Below are positions 1 to 8,271 of a stretch of DNA of 64,000 nt, in pieces. How positions within the stretch are numbered: position 1 is the first letter of the stretch; every line of letters starts with the position of its first letter. The notes beneath the pieces are model-generated. The model did not search any database, was not told the origin of the DNA, and worked only from the letters and a program-made list of their open reading frames with translations. Location: positions 288,001 through 352,000 of the forward strand of contig CAVPZX010000003.1 of NCBI GenBank assembly GCA_963710375.1, written 5' to 3'. A program made the position numbers and the translations under genes. The stretch is from Nitrospirota bacterium. Its GTDB lineage: Bacteria; Nitrospirota; Thermodesulfovibrionia; Thermodesulfovibrionales; Dissulfurispiraceae.

Positions 1-11
1 TTGTTGTCTTT

Positions 12-620
12 CTATTGAATTACTATGTTCTTGACAGTCACTGTCCCACTGCTGACTGTTAGTGACCCCATAATTATCGAATCTGAGCTATCGGTCAAAA
101 AGCTGCTATCATATCCACCTATAAGGGCAACTGATATATCTTTGCCGCAATCGAGAGTTTGCAAATACGGACCAAACTCAATCTGAATGGTATCCCCGCT
201 CACAGCAGAGTTGTATGCACTTTGAATCGAGGATTGAGTTCCTGAGATTGGCACTTGTATTATATTGTTGGGTGAATTCACGACCACCGTTCCTTTCATG
301 CCACAACAGCTGCAGTGATACTGGCAATTGTATGGATAGGTCCCGGCCTGGGTAAATGGGTGACTGAAGCTATGCTGCGGCAATAAATCTCCGGAGTTGA
401 AGATCCCATCCGTTCCGCAACCTGAGCCGCTGGTAACAGTGTGAACTTCGCTGCCATTATTGGTCCAGAGCACCGTATCGCCGACTGTAACGGTGACAGG
501 TATAAGGGGGAATTGATCATCAATCACAGACACATTTACTATTGCGGCATCGGAAAGGGAAGCGTGCAGAAAACAAAATATGATGCTTGCCAAGATATTT
601 AGTAATAAAAACTTTCTCAC
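12..620 (-). CDS. Secreted cupredoxin (plastocyanin/azurin-like) protein with an additional C-terminal beta-rich domain
   Basis: Signal peptide, then VTVTVGDTVLWTN...HTVTS...F.QAGTYPYNCQYH...GMKGTVVV (type-1 Cu ligands H, C, H, M). Start moved to the GTG at 620, which follows SD GAGGAGG. Confidence 0.8.
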   Translation of the reverse strand: MRKFLLLNILASIIFCFLHASLSDAAIVNVSVIDDQFPLIPVTVTVGDTVLWTNNGSEVHTVTSGSGCGTDGIFNSGDLLPQHSFSHPFTQAGTYPYNCQYHCSCCGMKGTVVVNSPNNIIQVPISGTQSSIQSAYNSAVSGDTIQIEFGPYLQTLDCGKDISVALIGGYDSSFLTDSSDSIIMGSLTVSSGTVTVKNIVIQ

Positions 621-747
621 TTTAACCCTCCTCGGCATATAGTGCAAAAATAGAATGTGTTTAAAGCATAGCGCATCAATGGATATTGTCAAGCCTCATT
701 TTTTTAACAGATATGACCGACGTAATATATAATTATCATTGGAGATT

Positions 748-2049
748 ATGAGACTAAAAATACTTCTCGTTAATCCATGGATATACGATTTTGCGGCCTT
801 TAACTTGTGGGCCAGGCCGCTGGGACTCTTCAGGGTTGCCGAATATCTAAGCTCTTTTGATACAGAGCTTTTTCTTATCGATTGCACCGGCTCGTGCACA
901 GCGGGGCGTTTCGGCACGGGTAAATACAGCGCCGAAACGGTAAATAAGCCGTCACTCCTGGAAGCCGTTCCTAGAACATTCAAGCGGTACGGCATGGGCA
1001 CCGATGAGTTTGTCCGGCAGGTAAAAGCCGCAATGCCTTTTGACGCGGTCATGATGACCTCTGTTATGAGTTACTGGTATCCCGGTGTGCAAAAGGCGAC
1101 GGAGATGATAAGGGAGTTGGCAGGAGATGTGCCTGTAATTCTCGGCGGCATTTATGCGACGCTCTATCATGAGCATGCTGTAAATGCCTCCGGTGCTGAT
1201 TTTATCTTCAGGGGGCCGCTAACTGAAGGTCTCAACTTTGCCCTCTCTACTTTTGGCTTCAAGCTCAAAAAAAAGGGGGACAATATATCCTATTACAACC
1301 TTAATTTTTACGCTGGTTCCCCTTTTGCACCGCTCCTTACCTCGACAGGCTGTCCTTTCAGGTGCGCCTATTGCGCATCTGAACTGCTGTCCGGCGCAAA
1401 GTACTGCAGGCGTTCGCCAGGCGAGGTATTGACTGAGATAGCGGAACTTCACGACAAGGGCGCCAGGGACTATGCCTTTTATGATGATGCCCTGCTTTAT
1501 GATGCCGGCAATCATGCCAAGCCGATACTGAATGGTATTGCCGCTTCCGGGTTGCATGCGCGATTTCATACGCCTAACGGACTCCACGCGCGGTTTGTAG
1601 ATGAAGATATTGCGCTGCTGATGCGGCAGGCCGGGTTTAAAACCGTCAGATTCGGCCTTGAGACAGTTGACCTGCACAGACAGCATGATACCGGGGCCAA
1701 AGTGACGAACACTGACCTGGAAAGGGCGGTGGCACTGTTCAAACAATGTGGTTTTACAAAAAATGAGCTTGGCGTTTACCTGATGTACGGGCTGCCTGGG
1801 CAGGACTTCTCTGAAGTCATAGAGGGTGTCAGCTTCTTGCAGACGCTCGGTGTCAAAATATACCTTGCGGAATTTTCACCTGTCAGAGGTACGCGATCAT
1901 GGAACGAACTGATACAAAATGGCATTATAGACGATACACTGGACCCGCTGCTTACCAATAATACAGTCTTCCCATTTCTCTATTCAGGGTATGATGCCGG
2001 AGCGGTGCAATCGTTAAAGCTTGACGTTAAAGGTTACAATCAGATGTAA
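748..2049 (+). CDS. B12-binding domain radical SAM protein
   Basis: N-terminal KILLVNP...ILGGIYATL cobalamin-binding-type region; TGCPFRCAYC CX3CX2C motif. ATG at 748 follows GGAG. Confidence 0.85.
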   Translation: MRLKILLVNPWIYDFAAFNLWARPLGLFRVAEYLSSFDTELFLIDCTGSCTAGRFGTGKYSAETVNKPSLLEAVPRTFKRYGMGTDEFVRQVKAAMPFDAVMMTSVMSYWYPGVQKATEMIRELAGDVPVILGGIYATLYHEHAVNASGADFIFRGPLTEGLNFALSTFGFKLKKKGDNISYYNLNFYAGSPFAPLLTSTGCPFRCAYCASELLSGAKYCRRSPGEVLTEIAELHDKGARDYAFYDDALLYDAGNHAKPILNGIAASGLHARFHTPNGLHARFVDEDIALLMRQAGFKTVRFGLETVDLHRQHDTGAKVTNTDLERAVALFKQCGFTKNELGVYLMYGLPGQDFSEVIEGVSFLQTLGVKIYLAEFSPVRGTRSWNELIQNGIIDDTLDPLLTNNTVFPFLYSGYDAGAVQSLKLDVKGYNQM

Positions 2050-2129
2050 TAAAAATCTTGCAGTTATTTTATAATATCAATCCTATGATAGTATTGTAAA
2101 TATCAGCTCAGGAGTTGTAAAAAGGACTA

Positions 2130-2909
2130 ATGGCAAAGATTATCAGGATATTAGGGGCATGGGTGTTGTCGAAGTTAAGGACAATGGGGAGAATGCTCAT
2201 CTTTTTAGCTGAATCGATTTATCTTATTTTTGTGCCTCCTTTTAAATTCCGTTATCTTTTTCGACAGATCAGGTTTTTCGGCACGAAGTCATTGATTGTC
2301 ATAATCCTCACCGGAGCATTTACCGGGATGGTCCTTGCTATTCGACTCTTTTATACGTTAAGGAAATTCGGTTCGGATGCATTGCTTGGACCAGCGGTCG
2401 CGCTCAGCCTGATACGCGAACTTGGACCGGTGATTTCCGCGCTAATGATCACTGGCAGGGCAGGTTCTGCTCTGACAGCGGAGATCGGCATTATGAGAAT
2501 ATCGGAGCAGATAGATGTACTGACGACCATGGCTCTTAACCCGCTCAGATACCTGAGCGTGCCGAATATTGTGGCGGCTGTCATCGTATTTCCCCTGCTT
2601 GCGGCTATATATGATGTGGTCGGTATTTATGGAGGATACCTTGTAGGAGTTAAGCTGCTCGGCTTGAGTTCCGGGACATATTTCTCCCAGATGGAGCATT
2701 TTCTCGAAATGTCGGATATCAGGATGGGTATTTATAAGTCACTGAGTTTCGGAGTCATTGTATCCTGGGTATCCTGTTATAAAGGGTACCATACGGATGA
2801 TACAGGCTACGGAGCAGAGGGCGTGAGCAAGTCAACAACAGATGCTGTTGTTATGTCCTCAGTCCTTATCCTTATATGGGATTATTTCATCGGCTCTGTT
2901 TTGATATGA
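2130..2909 (+). CDS. mlaE: Mla/MCE ABC transporter permease
   Basis: RELGPVISALMITGRAGSALTAEIGIMRISEQID signature; GAEGVSKSTT motif. Confidence 0.95.
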   Translation: MAKIIRILGAWVLSKLRTMGRMLIFLAESIYLIFVPPFKFRYLFRQIRFFGTKSLIVIILTGAFTGMVLAIRLFYTLRKFGSDALLGPAVALSLIRELGPVISALMITGRAGSALTAEIGIMRISEQIDVLTTMALNPLRYLSVPNIVAAVIVFPLLAAIYDVVGIYGGYLVGVKLLGLSSGTYFSQMEHFLEMSDIRMGIYKSLSFGVIVSWVSCYKGYHTDDTGYGAEGVSKSTTDAVVMSSVLILIWDYFIGSVLI

Positions 2910-2922
2910 AGGTAAAAGCGCA

Positions 2923-3663
2923 ATGATCGAAATTATCGACATCGAGAAATCCTTTAACGGGCAAAAAGTGCTGCAAGGAGTAAACTTGACAATAGCCGAC
3001 AGGGAGGTTATGGCTATTATAGGGGAAAGCGGAGGCGGGAAAACAGTGCTTCTGCGGCACATAATAGGGCTGATGAAGCCGGATAAAGGCAGCATACTGG
3101 TAGACGGTGCTGACATTTCAGTGATGAGCAATAAAGATCTCGATAAGGTGAGGGACAAATTCGGCATTGTATTTCAGGGCAGCGCGCTCTTCGATTCCAT
3201 GACCGTATTTGAGAATGTAGTTTTTCCTTTAAGAGAAAAGACCGATTACGATGAAAAAGAGATACTCGACAGGGGCAGACAAGCCCTTGAGGATGTCGGC
3301 CTGAGCGGGATCGAAGACAAATACGCTTCTGAGATAAGCGGCGGCATGAAACGGCGGGTGGCGCTCGCCCGCGCGTTGATTATAGGGCCGACTACTATTT
3401 TTTTTGACGAGCCTACAACAGGCCTTGATCCGATAATTATGAATACCATTCACCGGCTTATTAGTAAGACTCATAAAAAATACGGCTTTACCGGAATAAT
3501 TGTAAGTCATGAGATACCGGAGATCTTTGATGTTGCCGATAAAGTAGCCATGCTCTATGGCGGGCGTATAATAGCTTCTGGCACGCCGCGTGAGATATGC
3601 CGGGTCGATGACCCCTTTGTCAGTCAGTTTGTAGGAACATGTCATTATGAGGATGTCGAATAA
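2923..3663 (+). CDS. mlaF: Mla ABC transporter ATP-binding protein
   Basis: Walker A GESGGGKT, ISGGMKRRVALARA, FFDEPTTGLDP; lies between mlaE and mlaD. Confidence 0.95.
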   Translation: MIEIIDIEKSFNGQKVLQGVNLTIADREVMAIIGESGGGKTVLLRHIIGLMKPDKGSILVDGADISVMSNKDLDKVRDKFGIVFQGSALFDSMTVFENVVFPLREKTDYDEKEILDRGRQALEDVGLSGIEDKYASEISGGMKRRVALARALIIGPTTIFFDEPTTGLDPIIMNTIHRLISKTHKKYGFTGIIVSHEIPEIFDVADKVAMLYGGRIIASGTPREICRVDDPFVSQFVGTCHYEDVE

Positions 3664-3700
3664 ACATAATTTTTATTAATAGAGTTACCGGAGGTCTGAA

Positions 3701-4144
3701 ATGAAAAAGTTTGATGCAGAACTATCAGCTGGGTTTTTCCTGCTGCTCGGCATTATTGCGCTTGCATTTATTTCCATAAGGCTTGGTAACCTCGATCTGA
3801 TCGGCAGGGGCGAATATACGGTATATGCCGAGTTTGAGAAGGCCGGAGGGATAAAGACAGACGCGGCTGTCGAGATTGCAGGGGTTGAGGTGGGAAAGGT
3901 CAAAAGCATACGCCTCGATAAGAATTATGAAGCATTGACCGAACTTATTATCAGCGACAAAGTCAAAATACAGGAAGATGCCATTGCATCAATAAAGACA
4001 AAAGGTCTCATCGGTGAAAAGTATATTTCGATAAGTCCGGGCGGATCGGACAAAGTGCTGGCAAATGGAGGGAGGATAAGGGAAACTGAAGCTCCCATCG
4101 ATATAGAGGATGCTATATCCAAATACATCTACGGTAAAGTTTAA
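3701..4144 (+). CDS. mlaD: MCE-domain lipid asymmetry protein
   Basis: N-terminal TM helix; AGVEVGKV and IKTKGLIGEKYISISPGG MCE motifs. Confidence 0.93.
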   Translation: MKKFDAELSAGFFLLLGIIALAFISIRLGNLDLIGRGEYTVYAEFEKAGGIKTDAAVEIAGVEVGKVKSIRLDKNYEALTELIISDKVKIQEDAIASIKTKGLIGEKYISISPGGSDKVLANGGRIRETEAPIDIEDAISKYIYGKV

Positions 4145-4149
4145 AGACC

Positions 4150-4184
4150 GTGAAAAGTGAATAGTGAAAAGTGAATCGTAAAAT
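4150..4184. repeat. Heptamer tandem repeat (GTGAAWN)n
   Basis: gtgaaaa-gtgaata-gtgaaaa-gtgaatc-gtaaaat between mlaD and mlaC; same unit as at 40725 and 57591. Confidence 0.8.
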
Positions 4185-4236
4185 AATAGCACCCTGATGT
4201 ACAACATTCAACGCAGTACGATTTTAAGGAGGTTTT

Positions 4237-4863
4237 ATGAAGTTGAAGAGTTTGCTCCATAATGTTTTATCCGGATGTCTGATTGCCTTGTCGCTTGTTG
4301 CTGTTGCCTATGCAGGTGAGCCTACCGCGCTGGTAAAACAGACTACCGATAAGGTCTTAGAAATTTTGAAGAATAAGGAAATGAAGAAGCCTGGAAAAAC
4401 CCAAGAGCGCAGGGCGGCTATACGCAAGACAATAAGCGAGCGCTTTGATTTTGAAGAAATGGCTAAACGTTCTCTGGCCAGGTACTGGAACCAGAGGACT
4501 CCTGATGAAAAGAAAGAGTTTGTTGCATTGTACACCGATCTCCTCGAACGCACATATATCAGGAAGATTGAGACCTATACGGATGAGCAATTCATCTATG
4601 GAGAAGAGACGGACGAAGGAGACTATGCCACTGTCAGGACGAAGATTATTACAAACAAGGGTGCTGACGTGCCTATTGAGTACAGGATGCAAAAGAAGAA
4701 CGGCAGTTGGTCAGTCTATGACGTTGTGATAGAGGGAGTAAGCCTGGTCAACAACTACAGGAACCAGTTCAATCAAATAATGCATTCCGGCTCGTATGAA
4801 ACACTTGTAAAGAAACTGAAAAACAAACAGGTAGAGGGACGGGCTGAAGACAGGGAAAAATAA
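4237..4863 (+). CDS. mlaC: Periplasmic phospholipid-binding protein (MlaC/Ttg2D)
   Basis: Signal peptide; FDFEEMAKRSL and W.VYDVVIEGVSLVNNYRNQF motifs. Confidence 0.93.
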   Translation: MKLKSLLHNVLSGCLIALSLVAVAYAGEPTALVKQTTDKVLEILKNKEMKKPGKTQERRAAIRKTISERFDFEEMAKRSLARYWNQRTPDEKKEFVALYTDLLERTYIRKIETYTDEQFIYGEETDEGDYATVRTKIITNKGADVPIEYRMQKKNGSWSVYDVVIEGVSLVNNYRNQFNQIMHSGSYETLVKKLKNKQVEGRAEDREK

Positions 4864-4878
4864 CCGGGTCTTCAATGA

Positions 4879-4916
4879 TCGGAAGACGGAAGAACATACA
4901 TTCTTCCGCCTTCCGA
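4879..4916. terminator. Hairpin between convergent genes, probable bidirectional terminator
   Basis: tcggaagacggaagaa-N6-ttcttccgccttccga inverted repeat between the mlaC stop and the stop of the 4934-5632 gene. Confidence 0.6.
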
Positions 4917-4933
4917 AAAGAGCTGCACGAAGC

Positions 4934-5632
4934 TTATGCTATCAAGTTCAAAGTATTGCTGCCGCTTTGAGCTCCAATACCGAAGAGTGAAGCAATATAG
5001 GAAATAGTGTTGCTGCTCGTAGAGTTTTGGGCTTGATTGTTGTTACTTGAAAGGTCACTTATTACTTTACTTAACGCTGTCGACAAGGTTGAGCTTTGCG
5101 AAGAGGTCCCCTGGTTCTGGGTTGCCGATGTCAACGCACTCTGAAGGGCCTGCAGGTCAGTTTGAAGATTCTGCATGGCACTGGTAGAGCTGCCGTTGGC
5201 TTCCATATGATGGTGATGATGGCGGCGGTGGTTTTGTGTGGCAGAGGTCATGTCAGTCAGGACTTGATTCAACGCCTGTGCCAGGGTTGAGTTTCCCGTT
5301 GTGCTTTGCGAAGAGGTCCCCTGGTTCTGGGCTGCCGATGTCAACGCACTCTGAAGGGCCTGCAGATCAGTTTGAAAATTCTGCATATTGCCGTTTACTG
5401 AGTTCTGGGTCTGATTGTTATTGCTCGCCGACTGACTCTGCGTGGTGCCGGTAATGTCATTTAGTACCTGAGATAACTGTTGTGTCAACGCGCCTTCGGA
5501 CAACGTAACCTGGTCTTGATTGCCTGAACTCAACGCACTCTGCAGGGCATTTAAGTCTGTGCTCAAATTCCTGAAATCTGACCTTACAGAATTCTGAGTC
5601 TGATAAATGTTGCCGACTGATTGTACAGTCAT
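4934..5632 (-). CDS. Hypothetical S/T/Q/N-rich helical-repeat protein without signal peptide
   Basis: SD AAGGAGG upstream; repeats of [LF]xTDLxALQSAL; His-rich tract; no Cys or Trp. Confidence 0.75.
   Translation of the reverse strand: MTVQSVGNIYQTQNSVRSDFRNLSTDLNALQSALSSGNQDQVTLSEGALTQQLSQVLNDITGTTQSQSASNNNQTQNSVNGNMQNFQTDLQALQSALTSAAQNQGTSSQSTTGNSTLAQALNQVLTDMTSATQNHRRHHHHHMEANGSSTSAMQNLQTDLQALQSALTSATQNQGTSSQSSTLSTALSKVISDLSSNNNQAQNSTSSNTISYIASLFGIGAQSGSNTLNLIA
5093..5386. repeat. 84-bp intragenic direct repeat (5093-5176 and 5303-5386)
   Basis: gctttgcgaagaggtcccctggttctggg...ttctgcat is present twice with few mismatches; encodes MQN[FL]QTDLQALQSALTSA[AT]QNQGTSSQS. Confidence 0.9.
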
Positions 5633-5678
5633 ATTTTAACCTCCTTCCTATGGTAATAGATTAAGCCATAAGGAAAGC

Positions 5679-5694
5679 TGCAAATTGTGTGCCA
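5679..5694 (-). promoter_or_regulatory. Sigma54 (-24/-12) promoter
   Basis: Minus strand reads TGGCACACAATTTGCA, matching TGGCAC-N5-TTGCA, about 45 nt upstream of the 5632 start. Confidence 0.85.
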
Positions 5695-5709
5695 TAGAAG
5701 GGAAGGCTA

Positions 5710-5898
5710 ACCGCATTATTCATAAATTTATACAAGGAGCAGTCAGGCCACAGTGCTTCACTCATTCCCGCAAGGCATCCAGCCTTGCTCCGAGGCTATG
5801 ACAGCCTGCGTCACCATCCTTGGTGTCGCTTAGTCTGTCAAAGTCCGCTCAGCACCATGTCCCGCCTGCTCCTTGTATAAATTTATGAATAATGCGGT
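5710..5898. mobile_element. MITE-like element, family D
   Basis: Perfect 33-bp terminal inverted repeats (TIRs; accgcattattcataaatttatacaaggagcag), flanked on both sides by CTA (5707-5709 and 5899-5901); no transposase. Confidence 0.85.
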
Positions 5899-5927
5899 CT
5901 AAAATAACAGGTTTACCAACCAGGAAC

Positions 5928-5977
5928 AGGAAATATTTTCCTATTTGCAATCTGGATCAGGAAATTTTCTCCTGATC
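5928..5977. promoter_or_regulatory. Putative enhancer (bEBP-binding) sites for the sigma54 promoter
   Basis: Two related palindromes, AGGAAA-tat-TTTCCT (5928-5942) and AGGAAA-ttt-TCTCCT (5959-5973). Confidence 0.45.
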
Positions 5978-6042
5978 AGCAATGTAGGAATGCTCCTCAG
6001 GAGTCAGGGGACCCCTGAGGAAATTTATTGATTTTCTTAATC

Positions 6043-7125
6043 CTACGGGGCCTTGACCAGGACAAGAATATTCTGATCAGCTGTATTACTTACTGTTGCA
6101 CAGACCACTGTATTTGTGTCAGCACTTATACCGCACTGCATGGCGCTGCCGCCTGATGGGGTCATGGTAAACGAGCCGTTTGCATTAACCGAGTAAGTGC
6201 CTAAACTGGTCGAAGACTGGTTTGCCGCAGTAGCATTGTTTAATGTCCCGACTGACGTGAAGTTACCTTGTCCGTCAAATGTTAGATTGCCGGTTTGCGA
6301 GTTGAAGCCGCCATTTGTATCGCCTTCAACCATATAATACTTGCCTTTGAGGCTTGCGTTTGAGTACCCGCCCGAGCCGGCCTTTACCATTACGGCAACA
6401 TTCTGATAAGTTGTAGCACTTACAGTTGAACAGACAGCGGTGTTTGTGTCTGCACTCAAGCCGCAGTTCATAACACTGCCGGAAGTCCCGGTAAGGGTAA
6501 ACGCACCGTTGGGATTGACCGCGTATGTGCCGGTATCGTTGTCAGTCTGGTTTGCCCCGGTGCCGGTGGAACTGCCCATGGTCCCAGTGAACGTACCGTT
6601 GCCTTTGCCATCAAATGTCATGCTTCCGAACTCCGCGGTGAAGCCTGCGGACTCATCCAAACTTGCCAAATAATATGTGCCGCTAAGGTTTGCGTTTGAT
6701 AACCCGCTCGATGCGGCCTTTACCAAAACGTTGATGCTCTGGTAAGTCTTGTTGCTCACACTCGCGCAGACAGCGGTGTTTGTGTCTGCGCTCAAGCCGC
6801 AGTTTGTCACACCGCCGGAAGTCCCTGTAAGAGTAAACGAACCATTGGCACTGACTGAATAAGTGCCTGAATCACTTTCAGCCTGGTGTGCCCCGGATGA
6901 ACTGCTGTAATTCCCCGTATACGTACCGTTGCCTTTACCATCGTATGTTGAATCACCGAATTCCCCAACAATGCCCCCGGATTGGTCCAGACTGGCCGTA
7001 AAAAAAGTACCGTTCAGGTTTGCATTATTAAATGAAGAGTTTGAGCTTGATGACCCTCCTCCGCAGGCTGTTAATAGCAATAAAGTCAATACCGGGATCA
7101 AAAACACTAAGTTTCTTACCCTCAT
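6043..7125 (-). CDS. Lipoprotein with three beta-rich repeat domains
   Basis: Lipobox LTA-C, then a GGGSSSS linker; three repeats NAxLxGxY/F...FDGxGN...GTYxVxxNGxFT...CG[LI]SADTNTxVC. Confidence 0.8.
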   Translation of the reverse strand: MRVRNLVFLIPVLTLLLLTACGGGSSSSNSSFNNANLNGTFFTASLDQSGGIVGEFGDSTYDGKGNGTYTGNYSSSSGAHQAESDSGTYSVSANGSFTLTGTSGGVTNCGLSADTNTAVCASVSNKTYQSINVLVKAASSGLSNANLSGTYYLASLDESAGFTAEFGSMTFDGKGNGTFTGTMGSSTGTGANQTDNDTGTYAVNPNGAFTLTGTSGSVMNCGLSADTNTAVCSTVSATTYQNVAVMVKAGSGGYSNASLKGKYYMVEGDTNGGFNSQTGNLTFDGQGNFTSVGTLNNATAANQSSTSLGTYSVNANGSFTMTPSGGSAMQCGISADTNTVVCATVSNTADQNILVLVKAP

Positions 7126-7208
7126 CACAAACCCCCTATTTTCTTGCCGTGTCCAAGATTCAAAGAATCCTGCATTAAAAACTAACAAATCAAATCCGCG
7201 CAATGGTG

Positions 7209-8186
7209 TCAATCCAAAAACGGACTAAGGAGCAGTCCGCCGGCCGCCTGGTTCGCGTTGAAGCCGCGGTCGAGCTTTAGCGGGGAGCCCTTGCCTAGAT
7301 TGCGCTCGAATATATCACTGTAGTTGCCGACGGCAGAGATTACCCGGCGCTGCCAATTCTTGTCGAGACCCAACTCCGGCGCATAGACAGGCATTGCCCT
7401 GGCGCCTCCGTCATACCACTTTGTTTCCGGCCTTTCTCCGCTTATCAGCGTATGCACTGTCCATGCGACTATCGCGGACCATTGCGCGTCTGCTGTTCCG
7501 GTTGCGGCAATAACAGGGTAGGCGGACAACGTCTCCGGTAGGATGCGGTTTGTCATACCTTTTTTGACCGGTGTGAGCCGTGTCATTGCCAGGGTCGTTG
7601 TCTCATCTGCGACAGCATCGCAATTCTGCACATTGTAACTATCATTCATCTCCCCGTCCTCAGAGAACGGAGCAGGCATAAATTCATTGTGAAGGTTGTC
7701 GAAATAGTTCTTAAGGCTGCGCTCGACAGTGGATGCGATCATAAAGCAGATCTTCTTCCCGGACAGGTCTCCGACATGCTGCGCAGGCGAAGTGGACGGC
7801 ACCATCACAGAATGGGATTCTAAAAAGACTGTAGGGCCCGGCGTGATCTTGCCTGCAACTTCCAGAGCGTTTATCTCAAGTCCGGTGAGAAAATAGACGT
7901 CATCCTGTTGGTTCCGAATTGCCTCGACCTGCTTCAGAGTTTCGAAGTCGCCGTATTCGATCTTTTCGGGCGACCCCAGCACTGCCGCGGCAATAGCCCG
8001 GCAAACATCGACATTGAGTCCTGCCCAGCGGCCATTTCCGTCCTTGCCGGCAAGACCCGGACGTTCAAGGCTGCTGCAACGTACCACGCCCCGCGCCTTC
8101 ACCCGTTCGACTATCGAGCCTGCCCTTGCATTCTGGACCGGGAAGCAGACCGCGAACAAAACCAGTAAGGTTAATAAAATTTGCAT
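7209..8186 (-). CDS. Amino-acid ABC transporter-type substrate-binding protein (AapJ/BztA-like), orphan
   Basis: G.W.GLNVDVCRAIAAAVLG and VGNYSDIFERNLG..SPLKLDRGFN...GGLL motifs; signal peptide from the ATG at 8186 (SD GGAGG). Confidence 0.85.
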   Translation of the reverse strand: MQILLTLLVLFAVCFPVQNARAGSIVERVKARGVVRCSSLERPGLAGKDGNGRWAGLNVDVCRAIAAAVLGSPEKIEYGDFETLKQVEAIRNQQDDVYFLTGLEINALEVAGKITPGPTVFLESHSVMVPSTSPAQHVGDLSGKKICFMIASTVERSLKNYFDNLHNEFMPAPFSEDGEMNDSYNVQNCDAVADETTTLAMTRLTPVKKGMTNRILPETLSAYPVIAATGTADAQWSAIVAWTVHTLISGERPETKWYDGGARAMPVYAPELGLDKNWQRRVISAVGNYSDIFERNLGKGSPLKLDRGFNANQAAGGLLLSPFLD

Positions 8187-8271
8187 ATGTCCTCCCCAAT
8201 AATATAAACAGTCGGAATGCGGGGAACAGGTCTTGATCTGACCCCCGCATTCCATTCCTGTTTCTTCCTAA

